A DNA stretch of 64,000 nucleotides from Octopus vulgaris (Eukaryota). This document shows positions 53,146 to 64,000 of the stretch, one piece after another (the first letter of the stretch is position 1; each line of letters starts with the position of its first letter). The notes below the pieces were generated by a model. It made no database searches. It had not been told where the DNA came from and saw only the letters and a program-made list of their open reading frames with translations. The stretch is from contig OX597823.1 of NCBI GenBank assembly GCA_951406725.2, forward strand, positions 59,334,001 to 59,398,000. The letters run 5' to 3'. Made by a program: the position numbers and the translations under genes.

Positions 53146-53550
53146 AGGCACAGGAGTGGCTGTGTGGTAAGTAGCTTGCTTACCAACCACATGGTTCCGG
53201 GTTCAGTCCCACTGTGTGGCACCTTGGGCAAGTGTTTTCTACTATAGCCTCGGGCCGACCAAAGCCTTGTGAGCGGATTCGGTAGACGGAAACTGAAAGA
53301 AGCCCGTCGTATATATGTATATATATGTATATATATGTGCGTGTGTGTTTGTGTGTTTGTGTTTGTCCCCCTAGCATTGCTTGACAACTGATGCTGGTGT
53401 GTTTATGTCCCCGTCACTTAGCGGTTCGGCAAAAGAGACTGATAGAATAAGTACTGGGCTTACAAAGAATAAGTCCCACGGTCGAGTTGCTCGATTAAAG
53501 GAGGTGGCGCTCCAGCATGGCCGCAGTCAAATGACTGAAACAAGTAAAAG
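53146..53550 (+). mobile_element. SINE family A, best-preserved copy
   Basis: ggcacaggagtggctgtgtggtaag (A-box), ggttcagtccc (B-box), ccttgggcaagtg (CORE-like), internal microsatellite, tail plus (AAAG)n. Confidence 0.92.
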
Positions 53551-53917
53551 AAAGAAAGAAAGAAAGAAAGAATATCTGTCAAACCATGTAAAATGAGCAA
53601 ATATGTGTTTGAGTGTGCAAGAGAAGGAGAGAGACATTATCTTATTCTATCTAACCTATGCTATTAGGAGTTGAAAAGAGATATGAACATGCTGAGACTT
53701 AATATTTCCCTGTTCACAGCAGTGATGTTAAGATATATGAAATGATTTAGTTCATATCATTTATTGTAGAGCCCTCAGGAAATTTGTCAGTACAGCAAAA
53801 TCTCAAATTGTAAAATGTACTTTCCATTTAAAATTTGTTTGGAGTGAGTTTGTGGCCAGTGATGTGTTCACTAGTATGTTGAGCAAGCTGTTCAACTACA
53901 TTACTGGTTTAGTCATT

Positions 53918-54229
53918 CTGTGTGTGTGTGTGTGTGTGTATGTGTGCATGTTTGAATGTATGTATGTATGTATGTATGTATGTATGTATGTATGTATGTA
54001 TGTATGTATGTATGTATGTATGTATGTATGTGTGTGTTTGTATGTGTTTAACTTCAACTTACTGATGATAAAGTGTCTTTGAATAAATGAAATATTGGCC
54101 CTGAAAGAAAATGGGAAACACAATGAAAAGATTAATGACTATAATGATTGCAAGCAATTTTTATGACCATGTTATAAACAAAATAAAATAAAGAAAAATA
54201 ATTGAAAAATATAAGTACACACCTATCAT

Positions 54230-54282
<53 letters not shown>

Positions 54283-54422
54283 CATACATACACACATACA
54301 TACATACACCCACACATATATATACACACATACATACATACAATCATATATATATATATATATATATATACATATGTACGTATGTATGTATGTATGTATG
54401 TATGTATATATACACACACATG

Positions 54423-54503
<81 letters not shown>
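53918..54503. repeat. (TG)/(TATG)/(TA)/(CA) microsatellite cluster
   Basis: Direct reading. Confidence 0.9.
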
Positions 54504-54508
<5 letters not shown>

Positions 54509-55512
54509 CATATAGGCTCGTGGAAATACAGATTGAATTTTAAATAAATGTGTGTGTGTGTGTGTACATGCACATGTACAATTGTATGTATGCGTGCATT
54601 ATTTTTGTTAAAAATGTTTATAGATTTACTTACTTACTCACTCCTCCCATCTTTACTTACTCACTCCTCCAAATTGTAACCACCTCAGTTTTGTCAAAAT
54701 ATGTTTTGGAGTTCAACTCATTTGTTATTTTACCATATGTATAGAATAACTGAAGATTAATGTAAGCTAAAATAGGTCATTATGAAGGATATTGATATAT
54801 ATATATATATATATGTATACATATATTGATATATATATATACATGGGGGTAAAAATGAGTATTCGAAATTCCCATTAATAAATGTAAGCCTTAGTTGACA
54901 CATAAAATAAATCTTTTTGCAAAAGAACCATACAGTTCCTTTAATTTTGTTTTATGGAATTACCCTTTTGTTTTACTGATAAAAGAATAATATTACCAGG
55001 CAAGATTAAGGATTTTATTTTCCAATTTCATTCTGCCTGTTAATCTATAAGGTTAACTCCTGTCTTAACAGTATTTTTTTAAAAATTCATTATACAAAAA
55101 TAATAAATCATTGTTTTATTCTTGAAATCTCAATAATTTTTTTTTTTTAAATGATTTGATCTTACAACTGCCAAAATGTGCTTGCTTTATCGAAAACCTC
55201 ATAAAATACTTTATTTTTCAAGAAAATAGTTTCCATACTTTTTAGATATAATTTTATTTTTACTTTAATATATAAGCTTACCCAAGATTTCAGGATTTTC
55301 AACTTAAATCATGTATAACTAGAAGTTAATAAATTTTATTAACAGCAAATAATATCACATATATTTATCAAGAAATTACTTAGCTATAGGTAGGCCTAGA
55401 CTAAGTGAACTTAAGCCCTCATGATCCCATGACTTTAGCTTCAGGTAGAGTGTCTTAGGACACAATCAAATATATGCTATTTTTAAAACAGCTATATCTG
55501 TGTGTATGTATG

Positions 55513-55560
<48 letters not shown>

Positions 55561-55562
<2 letters not shown>

Positions 55563-56000
55563 AATTTTTTGCGTAATAAGATAAAAAACCAAGGCTGTGT
55601 AGATATTAGAGCATTTATAGATAGAAAGTGTTACAGCTGTTTCTAGGATGTTTATTAATTATATCCCTTCATCGGAGATGGTGTAAGAGGATAGTTAAGT
55701 CATAGTTAGTTTAGATGTGATACAAAATAGAGAGTGAGGTGGAGAAAAGAAAATAGATGCAAGATATGTATGAGTATTGAAGTTGTAAATCTATTTTTTA
55801 GGCATAATGTTATATATGCAATATTCCAATATCCTATGAGTAATCCAAAAGTCCAACAGAGTTTAAAATGAGTCCTTCCAAATATAGAGTTTATAAGCAA
55901 TGTAAGATTCCCTTATGAGTGAGATCCAGCAGATTTTAAACTTGGTCATTCCCAGAAGAGAATTTATATAGTGTTGCAGAATCAAAGGCTTTTATTAAAA

Positions 56001-56003
<3 letters not shown>
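55561..56003 (-). mobile_element. PLE-like 3' region bounded by (TA)n, with a hammerhead motif at 55627-55680
   Basis: Minus strand: catct-CCGATGA-ag-GGAT ataattaataaac ATCC-ta-GAAA-CAGCTG-TA. Palindromic stem III ACAGCTGT. Stem I is poor. Confidence 0.65.
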
Positions 56004-56064
<61 letters not shown>

Positions 56065-56715
56065 TATAAAATGATAAATTATGGGTTTACTATAGTATTC
56101 AGAGCCAGCACTATAAAATACAATGTTTCATATACAAATACGTCTATGTAAATAATGCAAAAACAGAAATAATAGGTTATGTGTGTATATACATATTTCA
56201 AGAGTTATTGCTTTTTCATTAGCACTACATCCAGCCCATCAACTATTCACAAATTCATGGCTTAGACATCCGCTAAGTTCAGTGGTGTAACACTATTGGA
56301 TAAACCAATATATATATCATAAACTTCCCTGGTGGAAAGGTCTGTTTTAAAACAGTTGTATATTTGTGAGCTATCCTTCTGTTGTTTCTAGCAATTTGAG
56401 CAACTGTTTAGAGATCCCTTCATTAACTTCTGTTTATAAAGGACTTAGTGTTTACTGTTCCCACTGGTGAATACTGATTTAACAAGCCTACTATCAAAGG
56501 TGCTCAAGACATGACCATTTCGTCTTTCAATGTCTATGAGGCTATATTGGCTATTAATGTATTCCTTTTTAAGATAGTAGTAAGGTATTTGATTTAAGAA
56601 GGATTTTACTGTTATTTTTAGGAGGTCAAACAAACCACGTAAAGCATGGGCGGAGAAGCTTTTTAATACTAGGCATGTATTAGAAGTGTTAAGAACCTCA
56701 GTACAATATGTAACC

Positions 56716-56925
56716 AAAAAGCACTGGTGATGGTGCCATGCAAAATGCATTGGTATTGGTGTTACATAAAAAGGGCTGGTGCTGGAGTCACATGAAAAGC
56801 ACTACTGATGGTACCAAGTAAAAAGCATTGGTGATGAAGCCACATAAAAACCACTGGTGATGGTGTCATATAAAACCTCTGTTGGTAGTACAACATAAAA
56901 AGCACCCAGTACACTTTGTAAAGTG
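56716..56925 (+). repeat. 26-bp tandem repeat, ~7 copies, expanded internal unit of SINE C
   Basis: Unit aaaaagcactggtgatggtgccacgt-like, running into gcacccagtacact. Confidence 0.8.
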
Positions 56926-58111
56926 TTTAAATATGAGCTTGTCTTAAAATTTTGCAGAAATCTTCATTGCTTCTATCTTTTACTTGTCTCACTCATTAGA
57001 CTGCAGTCTTACTTGGGCACTGCCTTAAATTTTTAGTCTTAAATTTCTATAGCATCATCCAACTATAGAAACCAAACCAAAACAGAGTATGGATCTGGGG
57101 GCAGTTCCTGGCCTTGCCAGCTCCAGTCAAACCGTCCAACCAGTATGGAAAACAGATGTTAAATGATGATGATGATGATGATATATTGCAAGTGTAAAGG
57201 AACATTAATTACTACTTCCACTAAAATAGGTATGTAAGGAAAACTAGATTAGCCAGCGGAGGAAATTGAACCTGTCCTGACTGTCATGCTAAACTGTATT
57301 ACAATAAACATCAGCGTGACAGACTGTGTAGTATAGTTCCCAGGTAAAATGAAACAATAGATCTGTGGATCACACTCACTCATTTGATGAACTAGCTATG
57401 CACCAAGAGACTACTCAGTCAGAGTAGATGTAGAGTTATACAACAACAACAATAACAGCAGCAGCTTCCACAACAACGGCAACAATTACAATAACAACAT
57501 CTCAATGCTTAGTTAATCTTTCATCTCTAGTTTAACCTTTCTCTCCTATCCAAACAAACCGTTAGACAATATGAATGACTCAATATTGAATTTCATAACA
57601 AAATTTACCGATTGTTTGTTCAACTAAGTATATATTAATTAAATTCTTTACTATAATTACATTAATAAATGACTGCTGGACCATTGAAAGTCTTTGCTTT
57701 ATAAATTTCTATTTTGATGCATTCATTACAAATCTTCATAACATTGTTTCATAACATTGTTTCATTATGTTTCAATGGTATTTTCAGAATCTTTCCATAG
57801 TTACAGCTTTTTAAAGCATAACATTTAAACTTGCATCATTAAATGAAGGATAATTAAAGCAGTGGGCTAGCAGAATCATTAATATATTGGACAAACTGTT
57901 TAGTAGCATTTCTTCTGGGCCTCTAAATTCTGAGATTGAGTTCTGCTGAAGTCAACTTTGTGTTTCATTCTTTTTGAGCTGCTAAAATAATTACCAGTAA
58001 AATAGTGTGGCTTAATGTAATTGACATGAGTCCTCTCCTCGAAATTGCTCGCCTTGTGCTAAAATTAGAAAGAATTATATTAAAGAGAGCTAAGGTAGTT
58101 GAAATATATGT

Positions 58112-58344
58112 TTAACCCTTTCGTTACCAACCCGGCTGACACCGGCTCTGGCTCTGGCTCTGAGTACAAATGTCTTGTTTTCATTAAGTTTTTAATTAAA
58201 ATCTTCCACCAAACCTTAGTCCCAATTTATGTTCCTAACGTTAGCTGAATGATAACAAGTTATTTTACTAAATTCTTTGTTATATTTAAAGTAATTTAAA
58301 GAAACACAGAGCATCTCAAAATAAATATGGGAATGAAAGGGTTA
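58112..58344 (-). mobile_element. TTAA MITE family D
   Basis: ttaaccctttcgttacc ... gaaagggtta. Confidence 0.85.
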
Positions 58345-59039
58345 GCAATAGAAACATATGAAGTACATGTATATAACAAACACAATAACATTGGTTTCAG
58401 ACTTTGGCACAAAGCCAGCAATTTTGGTGGCGGGTCAAGTAAATTACATTGACTTCAGTGCTCCACTGATACCTATTTCATCAACCCTGAAAGAATCAAA
58501 GGCAAAGTTGACCTAAGCAGAATTTAAACTCAAAATGTAAAGACAAATGAAATGCTGTTAAGCAATTTCTCCAGTGTACAAATGACTTTGCCAGCTCAAC
58601 ACCTTAACACCTTTGATCCTTAAACGGTCAAAGGCAAAGTTGACCTCAGCAGAATTTGAACTCAGAACATAAAGACTAACAAAATGATGCTAAGCAATTC
58701 GTCCAGTGTGCAAATGACTCTGCCAGCTCAACACCTTAACAAACAGAATAACATTATACGCAATGGGAACATATTTCACTTTTACATAACATACCTTCAC
58801 CATCATCATCATCATTTTAATGTCCATCTTACATGCTGGCATGGGTTTGACTATTAGCATAGCTTTTTATATATTATGCTGTCTATCTAAAAATATAATG
58901 TCTAGTGTGGTTGTCTCTTCCAAGCTTGGCTGTCTAGCCCAGAACATACAGTATGAAAAGAAAATCAAAATCCAGTCAAGGATTGCAAGAAATTTTTTAA
59001 AAAGATAAAAACAAAAAGTAGAATTTAATGGTAAAAGTA

Positions 59040-59422
59040 TCCATGCCAAGTGAAACCATAGTAGTGGCCGATGCCAGTACCATCTGACTGGCACCCATGC
59101 CAGTGGCATGTAAAAAGCACCATTCAAGCATTGGGCCTCATGGAAGCAGTGACAGGTGACCAAGACCTTTGGCAATATACTGTGCTTGTGCAGTCCTGTG
59201 AAGCCAAATGAGATCGTAGTTGTGACTGATGCCAGTGTCACCTCAATGGCACCCATGCTGGTGGCACATAAAAAGCACTCACTACACTCTTGGAGTGGTT
59301 GGCATTAGGAAGGGCATCCAGCCATGGAAACCATGCCAAATCAGATTGGAGCCTGGTGCAACTCCCTGGCCTACCAGTTTTCAGTAAAACCATCCTAACA
59401 TGGAAACAGATGTTAAATGATG

Positions 59423-59455
<33 letters not shown>
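59040..59455 (+). mobile_element. SINE family C, long copy
   Basis: Internal repeats, ttaggaagggcatccagcc core, (GAT)n tail. Confidence 0.8.
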
Positions 59456-61239
59456 CTTCAGGAAGTCTGAAGAATATTATTTCAGAGACATTTAATTCCT
59501 TACTAACATACAAAATCACTCTCAAACAACAACACGATTCAGAAGAAAAGATTGTGAAGTTGAATCTAAACCTTTTAAAAAGGTGAAGATATTTATGCAT
59601 TCAGAAACGTATTGTAATGTTAATAAAATTCCAGACACGTAGCTTATGTATATTCTTGAAACTAATTTCTGAAATTAATATAAATAGTGTTTTCTCTAAT
59701 TTTACACCATTAAGTTAATATCTGGAATAGTAATAGAGTTGTGTGATCTTTGAAGAGAAAAGTGTGATATTTAGAAATTTGTGGTGTCAGCTAGAGAATT
59801 ATAACATTTAAATCTTACTTAGCTTACTGATAATGAGTTCAGTTTCCTTAAAGTGACTCAGTCTTTGTGAAAACTATAGACAAATTAAGCTTTCTTTAAT
59901 AGGTTTTTGTTCACCTATCTTCAGTTGAATTATATTTAGTAGTTAGTTTTTCATTGTTGACATGATTCATAAATATTCTTCAATGATTTATATCCTAATC
60001 TAATTTCTTGAAAATTTCCACTAGTGGTTTAACTTAGAAATTTGCTTCCTATGTCTTTTAAAGGGGTAATTTCTGTATTTCATTTTAGTTTCTCTGTTAG
60101 TTTTCACTTCTTAGTTTTGATATCAGTGTTGACATCAATGAGACAGGTTTTAGAAAATGACATTGTTTATGAAGAAAATGTAACAGGTGTTACAACAATC
60201 AAAAGGTTTTTTTCTTTCTTTTTTATCAAGATCCTTTATTGAGCTATTTAATATGCTAGAAATAGCAAGCAAATCAGCAACACTTATTCATTTATAAGTT
60301 GAGTGTCTTTCAATAATCCTTTCAACAAAAGAACATTTGCATGATCTTTCTACTCACCAGAAAGGATAGTGAATTCTCATTAAGATGTACTTTGTCAAAA
60401 GAAGGAAATAAAAGTTATTTTTATACAAAAAGATGAGACAGTCATAGTTGGAATGGCTTTGAGCTTAGGTCTCTCCAATCTAGAGTGACTTGAAACAGAT
60501 TGTGGTTGTATACAGTTGCCAAGATCAGTGATTCCTAAGCATATTTTGTCATGACATCCTTATACCATTTACTAAACATCGCAGAACACATCATTTTTAT
60601 TCTACCATATACTTTTCCTTGCTTGCATGGATCAGAAGGAATTTGTTGAGGAAGATTTTTTACAGCTAGATGCCTTTTCTGTTGCAAACTCTCACCTGCT
60701 TCCAAGTCAGGTAATATTTCCAGATGTGTTTCCACAAAAAACGGTAAATGAAGGACACTACTTGCATGATGATAACTCTCATTTTACAATTATCACACAT
60801 GAAGTCAAAGCAAAGACACAGTAAACACACACCACACACATGTGTAAACACACACACACACACACATACATATGGCAGGCTTCTTTCAATTTCTGTCTAC
60901 CAAATCCAGTCACAAAGCTTTAGTCAGCCTGCAGCTGTATCAGAAAGCACTTGCATAAGGTGCCATACATTGAGTTTGAACCTGAAACTATGTGGTTAGG
61001 AAGTAGTCTTCTTAACCTCACAGCCATACATGCATTTTTATGGACAACCATTTACTGTCTAATTTCAATGGAAAACATTTAATGAAATAAAAATTGCATT
61101 ATAGATGTAATTTACTCATACAAACCATATAACTTATAAATTTGAAAGGAGCTAAACCCATTTCTTTTATTGAAATATTTTTTAAAAACTTTATTAAAAG
61201 ACAATTTATCTCACAGAACCCCAGAAAATATTTTCACAT

Positions 61240-61286
61240 AAATCTGGTGTTTTTCAACACCTAGTTTGGTAAACACTGCTCTAGAG
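61240..61286. mobile_element. Possible hAT/Charlie-type terminus
   Basis: gtttggtaaacactg followed by ctctagag, a typical Charlie end and target. Partner end not found. Confidence 0.4.
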
Positions 61287-61419
61287 GAAGAATCCAGAAA
61301 TTGTCTAAATAATTAACCTGCCTTAATATTTGTTTAAATATGATACTTTTCCATGCCTACTCAGGTTACAATACAGTAATACTACTTTCTTTGTCACTCA
61401 CTACTTTGGTAGTGAAATT

Positions 61420-61764
61420 GTGAAGCACATGGCTCAGTGGTTAAAGTGCAGGGCTCACAATCAGGAAGTAGTGAGTTTGATTCCTGGACTGGGCTGTGTA
61501 TTGAGTTCTTGAGCAAGACACTTCATTTCACATTGCTCCAGTTCACTCAGCTGTAGAAAAATTAGTTGTATTGTCACTGGTGCCAAGTTGTATCGGCCAT
61601 TGCCTTTTCCTCGGATAACATTGGTAGCATGGAGAAGGGAGGCTGGTATGCATGGGGGCTGCTGGTCTTCCATAAATAAACTTGCCCAAACTCATGCCTT
61701 GAAGGAGAACTTTCTAAGTGCAATCCCATGGTCATTCATGACTGAAGGGTGTCCTTACCCTTTA
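61420..61764 (+). mobile_element. tRNA-derived SINE, body as 46519 with a different tail
   Basis: A-box tggctcagtgg, B-box gtttgattcc, body gagcaagacacttcatttcacattgctccagttcactcagctg. Confidence 0.8.
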
Positions 61765-62602
61765 TGAAATGTCAGGGACTAGTAGCACCTTTGGTAGGGA
61801 TCCTGCCAATTCCTTTTCAGATCAGCTCATCAGTCATTAGTAACCATTTGACCCCACAAACTGTATCGATCCAGCAATATAACATCTCGTTAACGATATT
61901 GGAAGACTGGCTAACAGATTAAAGGTAGTGAATGAGTCTTAAGCTCTTGGTAAAATTCATTAAGATCTTGTTACTTTACATGGGTGAAGTCTGGATTTTT
62001 GGAGTACAATTAAGGGTTAAGATTTATTTGGAAGAAAGGCAATAGCCAACAATGTCAATATGAAATACTATCTCAGAGTATGGTGAGACATGTAGATCTC
62101 ACTGGTCATACCACTGAATCTTTGCTATACCTCAAACCATCTTATACTAGTAGTCTAGAAAACCAGAGGTGAAGGAGTTAGGTTGGTCATCCAGTGTAAC
62201 TGATCTACCCCACTATAATTCAAATCCACAACAAATCAAGGTTCAAATTTCTGGGGACCAAAAATAGTACTTTTATTGCAATGGTCAGATTATTACCTGC
62301 CCCTGTGATAATGAATTATTGCCTCCTTTGTAGTCTTCTCACTGTTTAAGGTACATGGACGGTATATTATAGACAGTGGTAGAGGTGTTCTCTGGTCAAC
62401 TGTGCAAATAAGTCCATTGATGCAGGTGATAATCAAAAAATGCTTTTGGTATTTAAGAAATAGAATCTTGGCAATATTCAAAAACAAAGGATAAACAAGT
62501 GTACTTTGTTAAGGATGATTACATGCTTTGTTGATGAGGTCTAATATGATCAAAACATGTCTAGTTGTCTCATTAACTCAGGTTAATGTTCTCTTTTCAT
62601 CA

Positions 62603-62793
62603 TATTCGTATTTGCCAGTGTATAAAAGGCACTCTCGCATAAGACAGACCCCTAATTTTCAAGTTTATTGTGTGGAAAAAAACAAACAAGCATTTAAGAT
62701 GTTTTATCGTACACCTTTTGAAAGATATTTTGAGAGAATGTATGATTCTCTGCATGTGCATGCAATGCTGTGATGGCATACTGGAAAATAGTA
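62603..62793. mobile_element. Possible decayed pogo-like MITE
   Basis: Left cgtatttgccagtgtataa...cataagac..acccctaatttt, right atactggaaaatagta. Weak TIR match. Confidence 0.35.
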
Positions 62794-64000
62794 GAAAACC
62801 ATAAATTTATCATTAAAAAACTAAACTGTGTGAGTACTATTCTTCAACTTCATGTTTTTCAGTTTAATTGCATGGTTGTTTACATTTTAGTCATGAGAAT
62901 TGCTATACAGGATATAAAACTCATATTTCTGGCTACAAAGTTGTGTTACCATGATCAATGCTATGATTTTGTTGTCATCCACTTGTTTCCAATAGCTGAT
63001 AGGCAGATGAAAGTCTAACATTCCTTTCATCTTACAAGAATTTTCATTTAGATAATTAAAAAAAAATATTTCTTAAAGTTAACAGTGTCATTAATGAAGA
63101 CATACATCAGGTGTCAGTCGTCTGCTGAAGAAGATATAACGAGACGATGTGACCTCTACACATAACTGCCAATATATAGTAAGCAATTTTCTTCAAGTTT
63201 GTGCTGACATCATTATCATCATTTAACGTCTGTTTCCCATGCTGGCAGAGGTAGGACAGTTTGACAAGAACTGGCAAGCTCTATTGTCTATTATGGAACA
63301 GTTTCTACAGTTGGAATCTCTTCCTAATACCAACCACTTTATAGAGTGTAATTGGCATTTTTTACATGGCACCATTAACCATGAGGTCATCAAGCATCTT
63401 TCAAGACAAATAAGTGGCTTGCTTCCAATATTTTGTTATTAGTAATGATTATTGCGCTTAAATGACTTATTCTTATCCAGTTCCTGCAACACTCAGTTTC
63501 CCACTCATAATACAATTACATTAGACACTTTGATACATTTACTAATAAAGATGTGTATTTTATATATGCAAGGAATTACAATAGATTTTTTTTTATGACA
63601 TACATTGAATATGTTTAGTCTTCCTTAAGTGTATGAAGAGCTGATTTTCATTAGTCAACCTTCAACTTGATAAGACATTGAACTAATTCACTAGTGTTAC
63701 TTGCTTCTTAAGCCTAATAAACTGCTTATGTTTCCATTACAATCAGATATTCTGAAAGAAGTCCATGAGAATATTTATCTTTGATAAATGAAATATAGAG
63801 ATTTGAGTAATATAAACACTGTAATCAGAGCATCTCTAATCATATGAAAATACCATTTATATCCACTATGTAAAGTAAATTTAAGTATTAATATTAAAGT
63901 TCTGTATATTGGCAACTATGTTTTCATGTCACACAGCTACAACAGAAGACATTAGTGCAGAAAAAAAAAACACAACAAAGTGTGTACTTGTCATCTGCTG

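Noticed and set aside
56716-56925. CRISPR-like periodicity
   Set aside because: Head-to-tail 26-bp units with no unique spacers and no cas genes, in eukaryotic context; part of SINE C.
62297-62399. Possible minus-strand exon (gcacag|...GCAG|gtaata)
   Set aside because: Peptide unrecognised; such sites are expected by chance.

Overview
AT-rich, repeat-saturated animal genomic DNA, intronic or intergenic. The repeat families look like those of an octopus or other coleoid cephalopod; this is an inference from repeat content only. I found no host protein-coding exon I can support, and almost every ORF in the track is a microsatellite or SINE translation. The window contains: (i) several tRNA-derived SINE families with swapped heads, bodies and tails; (ii) DNA transposons, namely a decayed ~1.3 kb DD37D (maT-type) Tc1/mariner, two copies of one internally deleted mariner, mariner and pogo MITEs, and two TTAA/piggyBac-like MITE families; (iii) non-LTR retrotransposon remnants (CRE-like, R4/Dong-like, RTE-like); (iv) at least five sequence types of Penelope-like element (PLE) 3' end carrying minimal type I hammerhead ribozyme motifs, two attached to GIY-YIG endonuclease remnants; (v) long microsatellites, minisatellites and several fold-back hairpins. 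The best candidate for something undescribed is a PLE family whose 3' repeat contains a tRNA-like Pol III promoter cassette, then (AAT)n, then a hammerhead. It occurs once behind a GIY-YIG remnant (34.1-34.75 kb) and once as a free, ORF-less fold-back unit with a candidate TSD (52.46-52.99 kb). All coordinates were read by eye and repeat boundaries are approximate.
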